Shown: positions 22,119-35,860, numbered from the stretch's first letter. The stretch: DNA of 64,000 nucleotides from an uncultured Verrucomicrobiae bacterium (GCA_963769025.1 CAVYKI010000006.1:32001-96000), one strand, 5' to 3'. The notes: generated by a model from the sequence alone, not told the origin. Numbers and translations: made by a program.

Positions 22119-23184
22119 CTACGCCAGTTCGCCGAGGACGGCGCGCAGGACGTTCGGACGGTTTGCGAGTTCGCGCGTGCCGAGGCCGTAACCGATGCGC
22201 TCGACTTTCATCGCGGGCATGAGGCCGAAGTTCGCGCCGAATTCCGCGACGATCCCAGCGCCGGTCGGCGTGATGAGTTCATGCGGCTCGTCTATCTGGC
22301 CGACGGCGATGCCTTTCAAAATCTCCAGCGTCGCCGGCGCGGGCACCGGGAAAATCCCGTGCGCGCATTTCACGGTGCCGTGGCCGTCATTGAGCGCTGG
22401 AGACGAAAACCTTCTCCACGCCGAGTGCCTCGATGCCGACGCAGGTGAGCACGATGTCCGCGATGGAATCGAACGCGCCGACTTCGTGAAAGTGGACGCT
22501 CTCCGGATCCATGCCGTGGATGCGGCCCTCGGCTTCGGCGATTCTGCGAAAGATGCCGAGCGCGTGCTTTTTGACAAACGGCGAGAGATCGCTCGCCTCG
22601 ATCAGGTCGCGAATCTCACTGTGCGACCGGCCGTGCTCATGCTCGTGTTCATGGCCGTGCTCATGCGAGTGGCCGTGCTCGTGGGAATGCCATGCTCGTG
22701 GCTGTGCTCGTGGGAATGTTTGTGCTCGTGGCATGTTCGTGCTCGTGGCTGTGCATCCTGCACAGTGCTCGCCATGCTCATGTTCGTGGCTGTGGGAATG
22801 CGTGCCGTGGTCATGCTCGTGCGTGTGCTTCAGCGCGGCGTGTTCCTCCTCGTGCGTGTGGCCATGTGCATGCTCCGGGTCGTGGTCGTGCTCGTGATGG
22901 TGGTGGACGTGAGCTTCCTCGCCGTGCTCATGCGTGTGCCCATGCTCGTGGCCGCCGCTGCATTCATGTCCGTGATCGTGATGCGTGCTGCCGTCGTGGA
23001 TGTCGAACTTCACGCCCTCGATCTCCTTCCGCTTCGCGCGGTCGTAGTGCATGTGGAAGTCGCCGAGGTTCAGCTTGCTCAGCTCCCATTCGAGCGCGCT
23101 GGGTTTCACGCCGAGGTCGATGAGCGCGCCGACCATCATGTCGCCACTGATGCCGGAGATGCAGTCGAGGAAGAGAGCTTTCAT
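22119..23184 (-). CDS. larC: Nickel insertion protein LarC, N-terminal part (LarC1) with long His-rich insert, several indels
   Basis: FLDCISGISGDM, AEAEGRIHG, VHFHEVGAFDSIADI, CAHGIFPVPAPAT, ELITPTGA, PNVLR. Confidence 0.9.
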
Positions 23185-23228
23185 GCGAGGGAGTTTGTCA
23201 GGATTCGTGCGGTTGCAAACAGCGAACT

Positions 23229-23971
23229 CTAGCGCGCGATCGGCGAGCAGTTCGGACTTCACCGCGGGAAGGCTCAGCGTCTTGTCGTAAAGCGCCTTGC
23301 CGATGATGCAGCCGTGCAGGGAGGGGATCGTCGCGGCCTGCAGCACATGCGCCGCCGTGCCGACTCCGCCGCTCGCGATGAGCTGCCCGCCGAGCGGGAC
23401 GATGGCCGCATTCACGCGCTCGGTCTCGGGAAAGTTCGGCCCCTGCAGCATGCCATCCGTCGCGATGTCGGTGTAGATGATCGTGCCCGCGCCCGCCTTC
23501 ACGGCGTTGCACGCGAGTTCGAGCGCGCTCTGCCCGGTCTCCTGCGTCCAGCCTTTCACGCTCACGATTCCGTTTTTCGCGTCGATGCCGACCGCGATGC
23601 GCTCGCGGCCAAATTCGCGCGCCATTTCGCGCGACGAACTCGAGCGACTCCGCCGCCTTCGTCCCGAGGATCACGCGCGCCACCCCCGCATCAAGCGCGC
23701 GGCGGATCGCCTCCACGTCGCGGATGCCGCCGCCGAGTTCACACGGAATGCCGACGGCGGCCGTGATGGCGCGGACGGATTCGAGATTCTGCTGCTTGCC
23801 GGAGAATGAGGCGTCCAGATCCACGATGTGCAGCCAGTCGCCGCCCTCGCTCTCCCATTGCCGCGCAAACGCGGCGGGATCGGACGAGTAAACGGTTTTC
23901 TGGTCGGCGCGGCCCTGGCGCAGGCGGACGACCTGGCCGGACATGAGATCAATGGCGGGATAGAGGAGCAT
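23229..23971 (-). CDS. hisA: ProFAR isomerase HisA (indel near 23630; stop inferred)
   Basis: LYPAIDL, VVRLRQG, LHIVDLD, GGGIRD, YTDIATDGMLQGPN, IASGG, GKALY. Confidence 0.92.
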
Positions 23972-24037
23972 GAGCCGCGAAGAAGTGGCGGGGAGATCCG
24001 CGCATGGCAAGTGCGCTCGTGCGGATTTTGGCCGCGG

Positions 24038-25471
24038 CTACTTCCAGAGAGGGTCCATCTGTTCCGCGTTCCATTTGTCCCACAGCGCGGAGAATTCCGC
24101 CACGCGGGCGGGTTCCTTGGCGGCGCGGTTGTTCGATTCGCCGATGTCCGCGGTGAGGTTGAAAAGCTGCCAGGCTCCGCCGTCGCGGATGAGCTTCCAG
24201 TCGCCATGGCGCAGCGCGTTCCTTTTTCCGACGCGCCAGAACAGCGTCTCGTGCGGACGGGTTGTGGATTCACCGGTGAGCAGTGGAACAAGGCTGACGC
24301 CATCCAAGGGAGCGCCTGCCGTGGCGGGCGCGCCTTTTGTGGCCGAGGCCGATGCCACGTTGAGCGCGGTGGCAGTGAGGTCGGTGGCGACGACGGGCGC
24401 ATCCAGCACGCGCGCGGGCACACGACCTTTCCAAGAAACAATGAACGGCACGCGGATGCCGCCCTCCCACAGCTCGCCTTTGCCGCCGCGGAGCGGTGCG
24501 TTGCTTGACGTGAGTTCCTTGGTCGGCCCGCCGTTGTCGCTGAGGAAGACGACGAGCGTGTTTTCCTCGATGCCGCTCGTGCGGAGTTGGTCGAGCACGC
24601 GGCCCACGCCGTCGTCGAGCTGCGCCAGCATCGCGGCGAAAATGCGGCGATGGATGTCACCGATGTGCGCGAACTTTTGCATGTAGGCATCCGCGCCCTG
24701 CAGCGGGCTGTGGACGGCGTTGTAGGCGAGGCAGAGGAAAAATGGCTGCGCCTTGTGCCGCTCGATGAATTCGCATGCCTCGCGTGTGAATGCGTCGGTG
24801 AGGTTCGCCTTTTCTTCCACCGGCTGGCTGCCGCGGAGCGTCGGATTGTCGGCATCGTAGTCGGGCTCGTGGTGCCCCATGTGCGTGCTCCACACGGTGC
24901 GGCCATCCGGCGAGATCCAGCGTCCCTGCGCGCCATTTGGCAGCGCCTTGCGGCGCAGCCATGTCGTCACGCCTGTCCACGGCGGCTGCACGTAGTAGTG
25001 CCCCTCGTGCAGGAAGCCGAAGAACTCATCGAACCCGCGCCGCTGCGGATGAAACGGCGCGGTGCCGCCGAGGTGCCATTTGCCCACGAGCGCCGTGGCG
25101 TAGCCGGAATCGCGAAGGCGATCGGCGACGGTCCTCTTCTCTACCGGCAGCCCGATGCCTGGAGCGGCGTTCTTCGCGCCGATGGGATTGAATTCAAACC
25201 CGAACCGCGTCTGATAGCGCCCGGTCAACAGCGCCGCCCGCGACGCCGCGCAGAACGGCGCGGTGACGTAGCCATTTGTGAACCGCGCCCCGCCCGCCGC
25301 GAGCCGATCGATGTTCGGCGTAGGAATCTCCCGCCCGCCGTAGCAGCCCGCTTCGCCGTATCCGAGATCGTCGGCGACGATGAAGACGATGTTTGGGCGT
25401 TCCTGCGCAGCGGCCACGAGCGAGATGTCGCCGAGGCAGCCGAGGCAGGCAAAGATCGTGAAAATCTTCAC
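24038..25471 (-). CDS. Secreted sulfatase
   Basis: RPNIVFIVADDLG, CAASRAALLTGR, GKWHLG, SDNGG, GGIRVP. Confidence 0.93.
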   Translation of the reverse strand: MKIFTIFACLGCLGDISLVAAAQERPNIVFIVADDLGYGEAGCYGGREIPTPNIDRLAAGGARFTNGYVTAPFCAASRAALLTGRYQTRFGFEFNPIGAKNAAPGIGLPVEKRTVADRLRDSGYATALVGKWHLGGTAPFHPQRRGFDEFFGFLHEGHYYVQPPWTGVTTWLRRKALPNGAQGRWISPDGRTVWSTHMGHHEPDYDADNPTLRGSQPVEEKANLTDAFTREACEFIERHKAQPFFLCLAYNAVHSPLQGADAYMQKFAHIGDIHRRIFAAMLAQLDDGVGRVLDQLRTSGIEENTLVVFLSDNGGPTKELTSSNAPLRGGKGELWEGGIRVPFIVSWKGRVPARVLDAPVVATDLTATALNVASASATKGAPATAGAPLDGVSLVPLLTGESTTRPHETLFWRVGKRNALRHGDWKLIRDGGAWQLFNLTADIGESNNRAAKEPARVAEFSALWDKWNAEQMDPLWK

Positions 25472-25481
25472 GGATCAAAAG

Positions 25482-26834
25482 TCAGACGAGGTCGGTAAGC
25501 GTCCCGGTGCTGTCTGAGAATTTCTCCTGCTCCACGCCCATCTTCTGCGCGACGGAGAGCAGCACATTTGCGAGCGGCGGATGACTTTCCGGGTCGTGCG
25601 CGATGTGCTGGCCGTGCCTGAGCCCGTAGGCGGCGCCGCCGGCGACAATGAGCGGGAGGTTTTTCGGCGAGTGTTCGCCGCGCGGGCCGCTGTTCATGCC
25701 GGAGCCGTAGACGACCATCGTGTGATCGAGCATCGGGCGGCCGCCCTCGTCGGTGGACTGGAGGAAGGTGAGGAAGCGGCTGAGTTTCGAGAGGTATCCG
25801 CGATCGACGGTGGCGAGTTTTTCGAGCATCCCGGCATCGCCGCCGTGGTGCGAGAGTTCGTGGTGGTTTTCGCCGCCGATGCCGACGTCCGCCCGCCTCG
25901 CGCGCCCATTCGAAAGTGATCACGCGCGTGGTGTCCGTGGCGAAGGCGAGGTAGCTGAGCTCCAGCATGACATCGAGCCACATCGGCCGGTCGTGCGCGT
26001 CGCCGGGCTTGCTGTTGAGCTGCAGCCCGGCGGATTCGACCTTCGGCTTCGGCACGTCCACCCATTCCACCTGCCGCTGCACGCGCAATTCGGTCTCGCG
26101 CACGGAGGCGAGGTATTCGGCCAGCTTGGCCTGGTCGGCGCGGCCGAGCTTCTTTTCGAGCGCCTTCGCCTCGGCGAGGACGTCGTCGAGGATGCTCCGC
26201 TTTTCGGCGTAACGCCGGAGCGTGGCTTCGCGCGAGGCGGCGTCGTCGGGGACGAAGAGGCGCTCGAAGAGCCGTTGCGGACTGTTCTCGGCGGGGAGCG
26301 GCGTGCCGTTGCGATCGAAGGCGAGCGTGTGGCTGTGCAGCGCGGCGCCGGTGCCGGACTGATCGCCGATCTCGAGCGACGGGAAGCGGGTCTTCGCGCC
26401 GACCTTTTCCGCGATCACCTGATCGACGGAAATCGTGTTGGTGTAGTCCTTGCCCGGCACCGCCTTGAGATCGGCGCCGGTGAGCCATGTGTCGCCGCCG
26501 CTGTGGCCGCCGGTGCATCGCGGATGGCCGAGCCCGGTGAGCACGCTGAAATTTGCGCGGTGCTCCTTCAGCGTCTCGAGCGTGGGCGAGAGCTTGTAGT
26601 CCGCGGCCTTTCGAGCCGGGCACCCATTCGAGGATGTTCACGCCATTCGAGACGTAGCAGAAAATGGCGCGCGGCGTGGGCTTCGTGCCCGACTTCGCGC
26701 AGCGGCCTGTAAGTCGAGGGCGCGGCGTGAATCGCGCGCGGCAGCATGGCCTCCAGCAATGGCAGCGAAAGCGAGACGCCGAGGCCCCGCAGCGCGGTGC
26801 GACGGGAAAGGGGGGTGTGAAAGATCGGGTTCAT
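25482..26834 (-). CDS. DUF1552 family protein (Tat-like signal), indels
   Basis: SRRTALRGLGVSLSLPLLEAM; ISVDQVIA; TRFPSLE; SILDDV; MLDHTMVVYGSGM. Confidence 0.85.
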
Positions 26835-26847
26835 GGGCGTGGCGGGT

Positions 26848-29416
26848 TTACTTGGTGGCGAAGGCTTCGGACGTGGCGATGGCGGTGATGAGCGAGCGCA
26901 GCGTGTAGCGGTCGCGCTTCATCTGCGCGACGAAGCTGCGGATCGCGGGGCGATCGGAAAAGCCGAGTTCGCGCCCGAGCGCGTACGTCGTGAGCTGGTT
27001 GGCGAGCGCCGTCGAGGAAGAGATCCTCCTTCTTCAGAAGCTGCTGCTGCAGCCCTTCGACGCCTTTGAACTCCGTGCCATCGGGCATCTTCGCGCTGGC
27101 GTCGATGACGGGGTCGTTCTTGTCGATGCGGCCATTGTAGCCGTGGCCCTCCTGGTCGCGCCATTCGCCGGTGGCGTTGAAATTTTCCAGCGCGAGGCCG
27201 AGCGGATCGATCTTGTCGTGGCAGCGCGCGCACGACGCGGCCTCGCGGTGAATCTGCGAGGCGCTGCCGCACGGTGGCCTTGTCGATGCCGGGCACCTTG
27301 GACTGGATCTCGCCGACATTCGCCACCGGCAGCCCGGGGTCGGTGCCGAGCAGCGTCTTCAGCACCCACACGCCGCGCACGACGGGCGAGGTGCGCGTGC
27401 CGTTGGAGGTGATGCTGTGCATGGATGCCTGCGTGACGAGTCCGCCGCGATGCGACTCCGGCGGCGCGGGCACGCGGCGGATCGCGTCGCCCTTCACGCC
27501 GGGGATGCCGTAGAAGCGCGCGAGGCGTTCGTTGATGGTGACGAAGTCGCTCTTGATGAGGTTGCGCGCATCGAGATCGCCGCGGAGGATCTCGCGCGAA
27601 GAAGCCTTCCGTCTCGCGCACGATGGAGAGTTCGAGATGCCGGTCGTATTCCGGGTACAGCGTCTTCGACGGCGGATTCGCGCCGACCTTGCGCAGCCCG
27701 AGCCACTGGCCGGCGAAGTTTTTCACGAAATCGCCCGCTCGCGGATCGGCGAGCATGCGGTTCACCTGCGCGCGCAGCACGGCGGGCTTGGCGAGTTCGC
27801 CCGCTGCGGCGAGGCGGAAGAGTTCGTCATCCGGCATCGAGGACCACAGGAAATAGGAAAGCCGCGACGCGAGTTCGTAGGGAGTGAGCGCGCGCGGCTT
27901 CGCCTGCGGCGCCTCGGGCTCCACGAGGTAGAGGAAATGCGGCGAAGCCAGCACGGCGGCGAGCGGCACCTTGATCGCCTCGGTGAACGTCGGCTTCTCC
28001 GCGCGATGCTTCTCGAACAGCGCGACCTTCGCATCCACCTCGGCCGCGTTCACCGGGCGGCGGTACGCGCGCGCCATGAAGCGCGTGATCACTTCCCGCG
28101 CGTACGCCTTCTCGTCCCTGTCCTTGTTCGGCGACGCGAACAGCACGCGCTGGTGGCTCGGCGGCGGCCAGCTCGCATGGACCGGACCTTCGAGCTCGAT
28201 CCAGTCGATGAGCAGCGTGGGCCGGGCGAACTCGTCCCTCCCGGTGAATGCAGAAGTTCTCCAGCGCCCGCGGGATGCTCGTACGCGTAGCTGAAGCCCA
28301 CGCCGGCCTTCTGCGTGCGTGAAGTGCGCGCGCACTTCGTACACCTGCGGCGCGCTCTCGGGCGCCGCGATGTCCATCTCCGCGATCACCTCGCGGCGTG
28401 CCGCCGAGATTCTGCGTGATCTTCACCCGCGGCGGCCCGTAGTCGTAGCTGCGATGCGTGGCGAAATGCTCGGAGCGTATTTTCAAAATCGCGGTCGTGA
28501 TACGCTTTGCCCTTGGGGTTCTTCGCCATCTGCTCGTCGCGCCGCTTTTCGAGAAGCGGCGTCACCGAGGCAACGACCTCCTCGCGCGTCGGCACGCGGC
28601 CCGCCGCGCGGAAGCGGATGACGTACTCGCCTTCCACCGGCACCTCGAAATCGCGAAAGCCCACGCCCTTGTCCCAGGACTCGTGGTGGATGACGGTGAA
28701 GCCGTTTTCCGTCGGGTTCTTGCCGTCGTTGAGCAGGATGTTGTTCCCGTCGCGCTTCACCCGGTAGCGGTCCCGCCCAGTCGTGTTTTCCTCCGGCTCG
28801 AAGCGCCACTTGATGCGCCGGCGGCTGCGCGCCCTCGACCAGCGCGCGGTCGAGGATCTGCCGCGCCGTCGCGTAGTACAGCTCCACCTGCATCGGCGAC
28901 ATCGTGAGCGCCTGGCCGATGTTGTCGAAGCCGCCCGCCGGCGGATCTTCGGGAAATTTCTCCGACGGCATGAAAATCCACGCCCACGAGATCGCGGATC
29001 GTGTTGTCGTATTCCGCGCGGTTCATCCGGCGCAGCACCACGCGGGTCGAGCGCTTCGCCATCTCCCCGCGCGCCAGTTCGCCGTCCAGCCATGCGGCAA
29101 ATTTCGCCGCAGCCTCCGGCGTCGGCTGCTTCTCATCCTCCGGCGGCATCTCGTGCGCGTTGACCGAGTTCACGACCTCCTTCCACTTCGTAACCGCGGA
29201 CGGATCTCCGAAATCATTGGCCAGCGTGTCCAGCCGCAGCTTTCCCTTCTGCTTTTCCGGCCCGTGGCACGAGACGCAGTGCTCCTTGAGGAATGGCTGG
29301 ACGATGTTGCTGAAGCCCGCGTGGTCAGGCTTCAGAGGTTGCCCGTCCTGTGCGGAGACATTGGCGAAGTGGGCGAGCGCGCAGGCGACGGAGAAAAGCG
29401 GGAGACGGGGGTGCAT
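26848..29416 (-). CDS. Planctomycete-type cytochrome c / DUF1592-DUF1588 multi-domain protein, indels
   Basis: CVSCH and CARCH heme motifs; RRMNRAEYDNTIRDL; ELASRLSYFLWSSMPDDEL; RGGLVTQAS; TSPVVRGVW. Confidence 0.85.
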
Positions 29417-29596
29417 TGACGAATCAGTGGAGGTCGGGCGTCCTTGCGCTGCCGGTGAAAGCTTCGCATGTCACGCTGGCTCGCCGTCCGCGCGCGAGCG
29501 CGTGGGTGGCGGGCGAATGCGCGATGCGCCATGTGGAAAGGGAGGAGTTCAACGGCTGTTCGTATGCACCCGGCAGCGGGTGAATAGAAGGACGTT

Positions 29597-31025
<1,429 letters not shown>

Positions 31026-31036
<11 letters not shown>

Positions 31037-33915
31037 AGGCAAACTCGTTGGAGTTGAGCAGCGCGAGGCAGACATCCGCGAGGGCGCGCGTGTGCGCGGG
31101 GACATCGGCGGGCTGGAGGTCGGGGACGAAGTCGGCGTAGGCGTGCAGCTTTTCGTCGAAGGAAAACTTCTCGCCCGTGTTTTCCTCGACGGCGTCGCGG
31201 CGCACTTCGAGCGGCGGCTTCATGGCGACGGGTTTCGTGTCGCCGAGCAGCGATTCAATTTCGCGCCAGTGGGCGAGGCAGGTTTGCAGTTCATCGGCAT
31301 TTGGTGGACGCGAGAATGCGAGCGTGAAGCAGCGCGTAATGGCCTCGCTGTCGCTGTGCGTTTCCTTCACGGCGCGATTCGCCAGCGCCAGCGCGCGGGA
31401 CGTGCGTGGCTCTGGCCGTTGAAGAGGCTGAAGACCTGCGGCGTGACGGTGCGAGGCTTCGCGGCGCTCGCAGGAAAAATCCGGCGCGGGCTCGTTGAAC
31501 ACCTCCAGGAACGGGTCGGGCAGGCCGCGGACTTTCAGCGCGTAAATGCGAGCGGCGATGGCGCTGCTCGGGCAGCGGATTCGGCACCCACGCGGCGGCG
31601 AAGGTGCCCATGACCTGGCGCGGCTGCAGCGCGGCTTCGAGATTGATCTCCGGACGGTTCGGAATGCCGCCGAGTGCCGGATTCAGTTCGCCCGTCGCGG
31701 CGAGCATCGCGTCGCGCAATTCCTCGGCGGTGAGCCGGCGCGGCTTGAAGACGGCGTAGCTCGTCCCGGCCGGATCTTTTTCCGCGAGCACCTTGCCGTC
31801 TGGATGCGTCGCGCTGCGGCGATACGCCTCGCTCGTCATGATCAGCGGTGCAGTTCCTTGAACGACCAGCCTTTCTCGACAAACGTTGCCGCGAGCCAGT
31901 CGAGCAGTTCGGGATGCGTGGGCTTTTTGCCGGTGCTGCCGAAGTTGTTCGGATTGCCCGCGATCGGCTGGTCGAAATGCCAGAGCCAGATGCGATTCAC
32001 GATGGCGCGCGTGGTGAGCGGATTGTCCGCGCTCGCCACCCAATCGGCGAATGCCTTCCGACGGCCCTCGATCGAACCCGGGACGGGGAACGCGGGACGC
32101 GGAGTGATCGCAGTCGAGCACGCTGAGCGTGCCGGGTTCCACCTTCGCGCCCTGCGCGAATGGATCGCCGCCGGTGAGGATGTAGCGTCTCCTCGAGTTC
32201 GCCCGTCGGTCATGCGGTTCTGCGGGCATCCGCACCGGCGCAGTGACGCGACTTCACGTCCGGCGTGCGGCCGTCATAGACGGCGAGCGCGAACGGCTCG
32301 TAGCGCTCCAGCTCCCACCTGAGCCGTTCGAGTCCTTTGCGTGCGATGCGTTCGTTGCCGAAGTCCTCGGGGTGCGAAGCCGACGAGCTTTGGCGGAAAC
32401 TGATCCTCGGGGACACCGAGCTTCTTCATCGCCGCGCGGGCGGACGTCGAAGACACCGCCAAAGGCGCGCCGCTTGCCGCCGGGTTCCTGCGGGCGCGCC
32501 TGCGCGATGGCCGCGTTCCACTTCGCCGGGTCGAGGCCCTTCTCCGCAAACCACTTTTCGGCGTTTCCCACGAGCTTCTCGTCGAGGCGTTGCAGCGTCG
32601 CGAGGTATTCCGCGCGGCGTGCATCGAGGTAGGCTTTCTCCTCGAAGCCGGTGACATTTTCCTCCGGCAGAAAAGGCGCGGCCCGCTCGCTGAGCTGCGT
32701 CGTGGCGAAGACGGCCTGCACCGAGTAGTAGTCGCGCGTCGGGATGGGATCGAACTTGTGGTCGTGGCAGCGCGCGCACTGCAGCGAGTGCGCGAGGAAG
32801 GTCTCGCCGACGCTGTTCGTCACGTCGTCGAGGAAACGCTGCCGCGCGACCTTCGCCACTTCCATGCCGGTGAGTTCCCACGGCCCCATGCGGAGGAAGC
32901 CGGTGGCGATCGAGGAGTCTGAGAGCTGGGAGTTCGCGGGTTGCGAGGCTTCAGCAAGTTCGTCGCCGGCGATCTGTTCGCGGACGAACTGGTCGTAGGG
33001 TTTGTCGGCGTTGAACGAACGCACCACGTAATCGCGGTAGCGCCACGCGTTGCCGCGCTCGTAGTCGTTCGCGAAACCGCTCGTGTCCGCGTAGCGCACC
33101 ACGTCGAGCCAGTGCTGCGCCATGCGCTCGCCGTAGTGCGGCGACGCCAGCAGTCGCTCGACGACCTTTGCAAATGCCTCCGCGTCGGGTCGCGAATCCT
33201 TCACGAAGGCATCTACCTCCTCCGGCGTCGGAGGCAGTCCGATGAGATCGAAAGTCGCACGGCGGATGAGCGTCACGCGATCCGCCGCGGGCGCGGGCTG
33301 GAGACCGGCGGACATCCTGGCGGCGATGAAGGCGTCGATGGGATTCCCGATTTCGGATTTTTGATTTTTGATTTCCGGCACCGCAGGCTTCCGCACGGGC
33401 TGATACGCCCAGAGCCCCTCCGGCTTGTATTTGCGGTTCGTCCACTCCGGCGAAAGCCCGCCGCTCGTCTTCACCGGGATGCCGTCCTCCGCCGACCACT
33501 TCTCCGCGTTCGCCTTCGCGATGGCCTGCATGCGCGCTTCGTCCGGCCACGGTGCACCGCCGGCGATCCACTCTTTGATCCAGCCGACCTGCTCCGCGTA
33601 GAGCTTGTCCGCTTCCTTCGGCGGCATCGGCTCCCAGTCGTCGTGCTTTCGCGTGACAGCGAGATAGAGCGGGCTTTCCTCCGGCTTTCCCGCGACCAGC
33701 GCGGGCTTTTCGCTGTCGCCGCCTTTGAGCACGGATGCGCGTGTGCGCATGTCGAGCCCGCCTTTGATCTTCGCCTCGTCCTTGCCGTGGCATGCGAGGC
33801 ATTTCTCATGAAACAGCGGCGCGATGCGGCGGACGAAGAGCGCCTCCGCGTCATCGGCAAGGACGAAGTGCGGCAGGACGATCACAAGCGCGCAGAGGAA
33901 TGGGGCGGGTCTCAT
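31026..33915 (-). CDS. PSD1/DUF1549-DUF1553 planctomycete cytochrome c protein, indels
   Basis: CLACH; TLIRRATFDLIGLPPT; SPHYGERMAQHWLDVVRYAD; CARCHDHKFDP; PTHPELLDWLA; LLNSNEF. Confidence 0.88.
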
Positions 33916-34090
33916 GGGGACTGTCAGAATGCCAACTACATTACGGCAGACTGTCCGGCTTGCAGGTTGTAAAAATCTCGTTCGCGCAAAGGCGCTGAGA
34001 GGCAAGGGAGCAGCGTCGGGTCGGGGGATGGCGCACGCCGGAAAGGCAGGACGCTTCTGCCACATTGTCCCGCCGCAGTCGCGCTGCGGG

Positions 34091-35860
34091 TCACTTCACC
34101 AGGGTCAGCAGGATCAGCCGGACGTCCATCACCGACTTGCCGGGGACGCTGAGCGCCTTGAGCGTGAGCAGGCCGCGGCCGGGTTTGAGCGCGAGCGTGC
34201 CGAGCGGGAGCGGCTTGAAGTCCTTCACGTAGGACTCGGACGCGCGCGGCGCGCGGTCATTGTCCTTGCCGCGCAATGCAGGATCGTGCGGCACGCTCAC
34301 GACCGCTTCGGTGCGGTCGCCGTTGAAGCTCAGCTCGACTTTCGATCCCACATCCGCCGCGGGGCACGTGTAATAGACGACGGCCTCGTATTTGCCCGCA
34401 GTCGCGACCTCGATGTCCCAGGTGATGCTTTCGTCGGCGCTCGTCCAATTCGTGAAGAACGAGCAGTTCGGCGCCTTAGCGCTGCGTTTCACGCCGCCGT
34501 GCGGGATGCCGTCGCGCGCGGGGAGTTGCGTGATGGGAAACTCCGGATAGCCGACGGTGAACGGCTTCCGCTCGTTTTTTCTCAGTCCGGGGAGCACGTC
34601 GTCCCTGTATTTCGCGGCGGCCTTCGCGAGTCGCGCGGCCACTTCGGGGTGCTCCTTGGCGACATCGTGATCCTGCACGGGGTCGGCGACCATGTCGAAA
34701 AGCTGCCCGGCGTTATCGAGCCGGTACTGCTGCGTGCGGACGCTGACTTTCCCCGCCCAGTGGGAGAAAATCATTCGATCCATCCATTCAACCTTCGGCG
34801 AACCCGTGAGCAGCGGCTTGAGCGACAATCCGTCGAGGGGTTTTTCGGATGTGACCTTGATGCCGCAGAGATCCGCGAGCGTGGGAAGCAGGTCCACCGC
34901 GCCGGCGATTTGTGTCACCCGTTTGCCCGCGGCGATCTTCCCCGGCCAGCGGATGACGAAGGGCGAACGCACGCCGCCCTCGTCGGTCGCACCTTTCTTG
35001 CCCTTCATGTCGCCATTCCAGCGCCACGTGTTCGGCCCGTTGTCGCTGAAGTAGATCACGATGGTGTCCTCTGCGAGTTTCAGTTCGTCGAGCCGGCGCA
35101 GGATGCGGCCCACGTTCCAGTCGATATTCGCCGTCATCGCCAGCGAGGCGCGCGTGTCCACGATGTCTTCCTGCTGCGGATTGCGCGCGCGCATTTTCAG
35201 GTCCGCATTTGCGAGCGGCGCAAAAAATTCATCCGGCACCTGCGCAGGCCAGTGAGGCGTGTGGTAGGGTACGTAGCAGAAGAACGGTCGCTCCTTGTTG
35301 TCGCCGATGAACTTCAGCGCGTGGTCCGTGAGATCATTCGTGAGGAAGCCCTTGCTCGTGACGAGCCGTCCGTTGTGCTCCACCGGCGCGTCGAAGTAGT
35401 CGCCCCAGTGCCCCGAGCAGAAGCCGTAGTATTCGCCGAAGCCGCGCCCGCGCGGGTGATACGGATACTGCATCCCGTTGTGCCATTTCCCGAACGCCGC
35501 CGTCGCGTAGCCCGCCGCGGTGAAAGTGTCCGCGATCGTCTTTTCCGTGAGGCTCATCCGCTCGCCACCCTCGGAGGTGCTCCAGACGCCGCTGCGCGGA
35601 TGCCAGCGCCCGGTGAGGAACTCCGCACGCGTCGGCGAGCACACGGGGCACACGAAAAACCGCTCCAGCACCGCGCCCTTCGTCGCGAGCGAATCGATGT
35701 TCGGCGTCGAGATGTTCGTGTTGCCATTGAAGCTCAGATCGCCCCAGCCCTGATCGTCGGCGAGAATGACGACGACATTCGGGCGTGTGTCATCGGCGGC
35801 CATGGCGGCAGATGCGATGAGGAAAAAAAGCAGCGCGAGGCGGGGGAGCAGTGAGTTCAT
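34091..35860 (-). CDS. Secreted arylsulfatase
   Basis: RPNVVVILADDQG, CSPTRAEFLTGR, GKWHNG, SDNGP. Confidence 0.93.
   Translation of the reverse strand: MNSLLPRLALLFFLIASAAMAADDTRPNVVVILADDQGWGDLSFNGNTNISTPNIDSLATKGAVLERFFVCPVCSPTRAEFLTGRWHPRSGVWSTSEGGERMSLTEKTIADTFTAAGYATAAFGKWHNGMQYPYHPRGRGFGEYYGFCSGHWGDYFDAPVEHNGRLVTSKGFLTNDLTDHALKFIGDNKERPFFCYVPYHTPHWPAQVPDEFFAPLANADLKMRARNPQQEDIVDTRASLAMTANIDWNVGRILRRLDELKLAEDTIVIYFSDNGPNTWRWNGDMKGKKGATDEGGVRSPFVIRWPGKIAAGKRVTQIAGAVDLLPTLADLCGIKVTSEKPLDGLSLKPLLTGSPKVEWMDRMIFSHWAGKVSVRTQQYRLDNAGQLFDMVADPVQDHDVAKEHPEVAARLAKAAAKYRDDVLPGLRKNERKPFTVGYPEFPITQLPARDGIPHGGVKRSAKAPNCSFFTNWTSADESITWDIEVATAGKYEAVVYYTCPAADVGSKVELSFNGDRTEAVVSVPHDPALRGKDNDRAPRASESYVKDFKPLPLGTLALKPGRGLLTLKALSVPGKSVMDVRLILLTLVK

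Noticed and set aside
22620..23000. CRISPR-like or non-coding tandem repeat
   Set aside because: The GTGCTCGTG/ATGCTC repeats are His/Glu codons inside larC, with no spacer structure.
22387..23625. Apparent HisA-LarC fusion ORF
   Set aside because: A TAG sits one base out of frame at 23229-23231 where HisA should end, the linker looks intergenic (atypical codons, TTGCAA box), and indels are frequent here. Likely an artefact unless reads confirm it.
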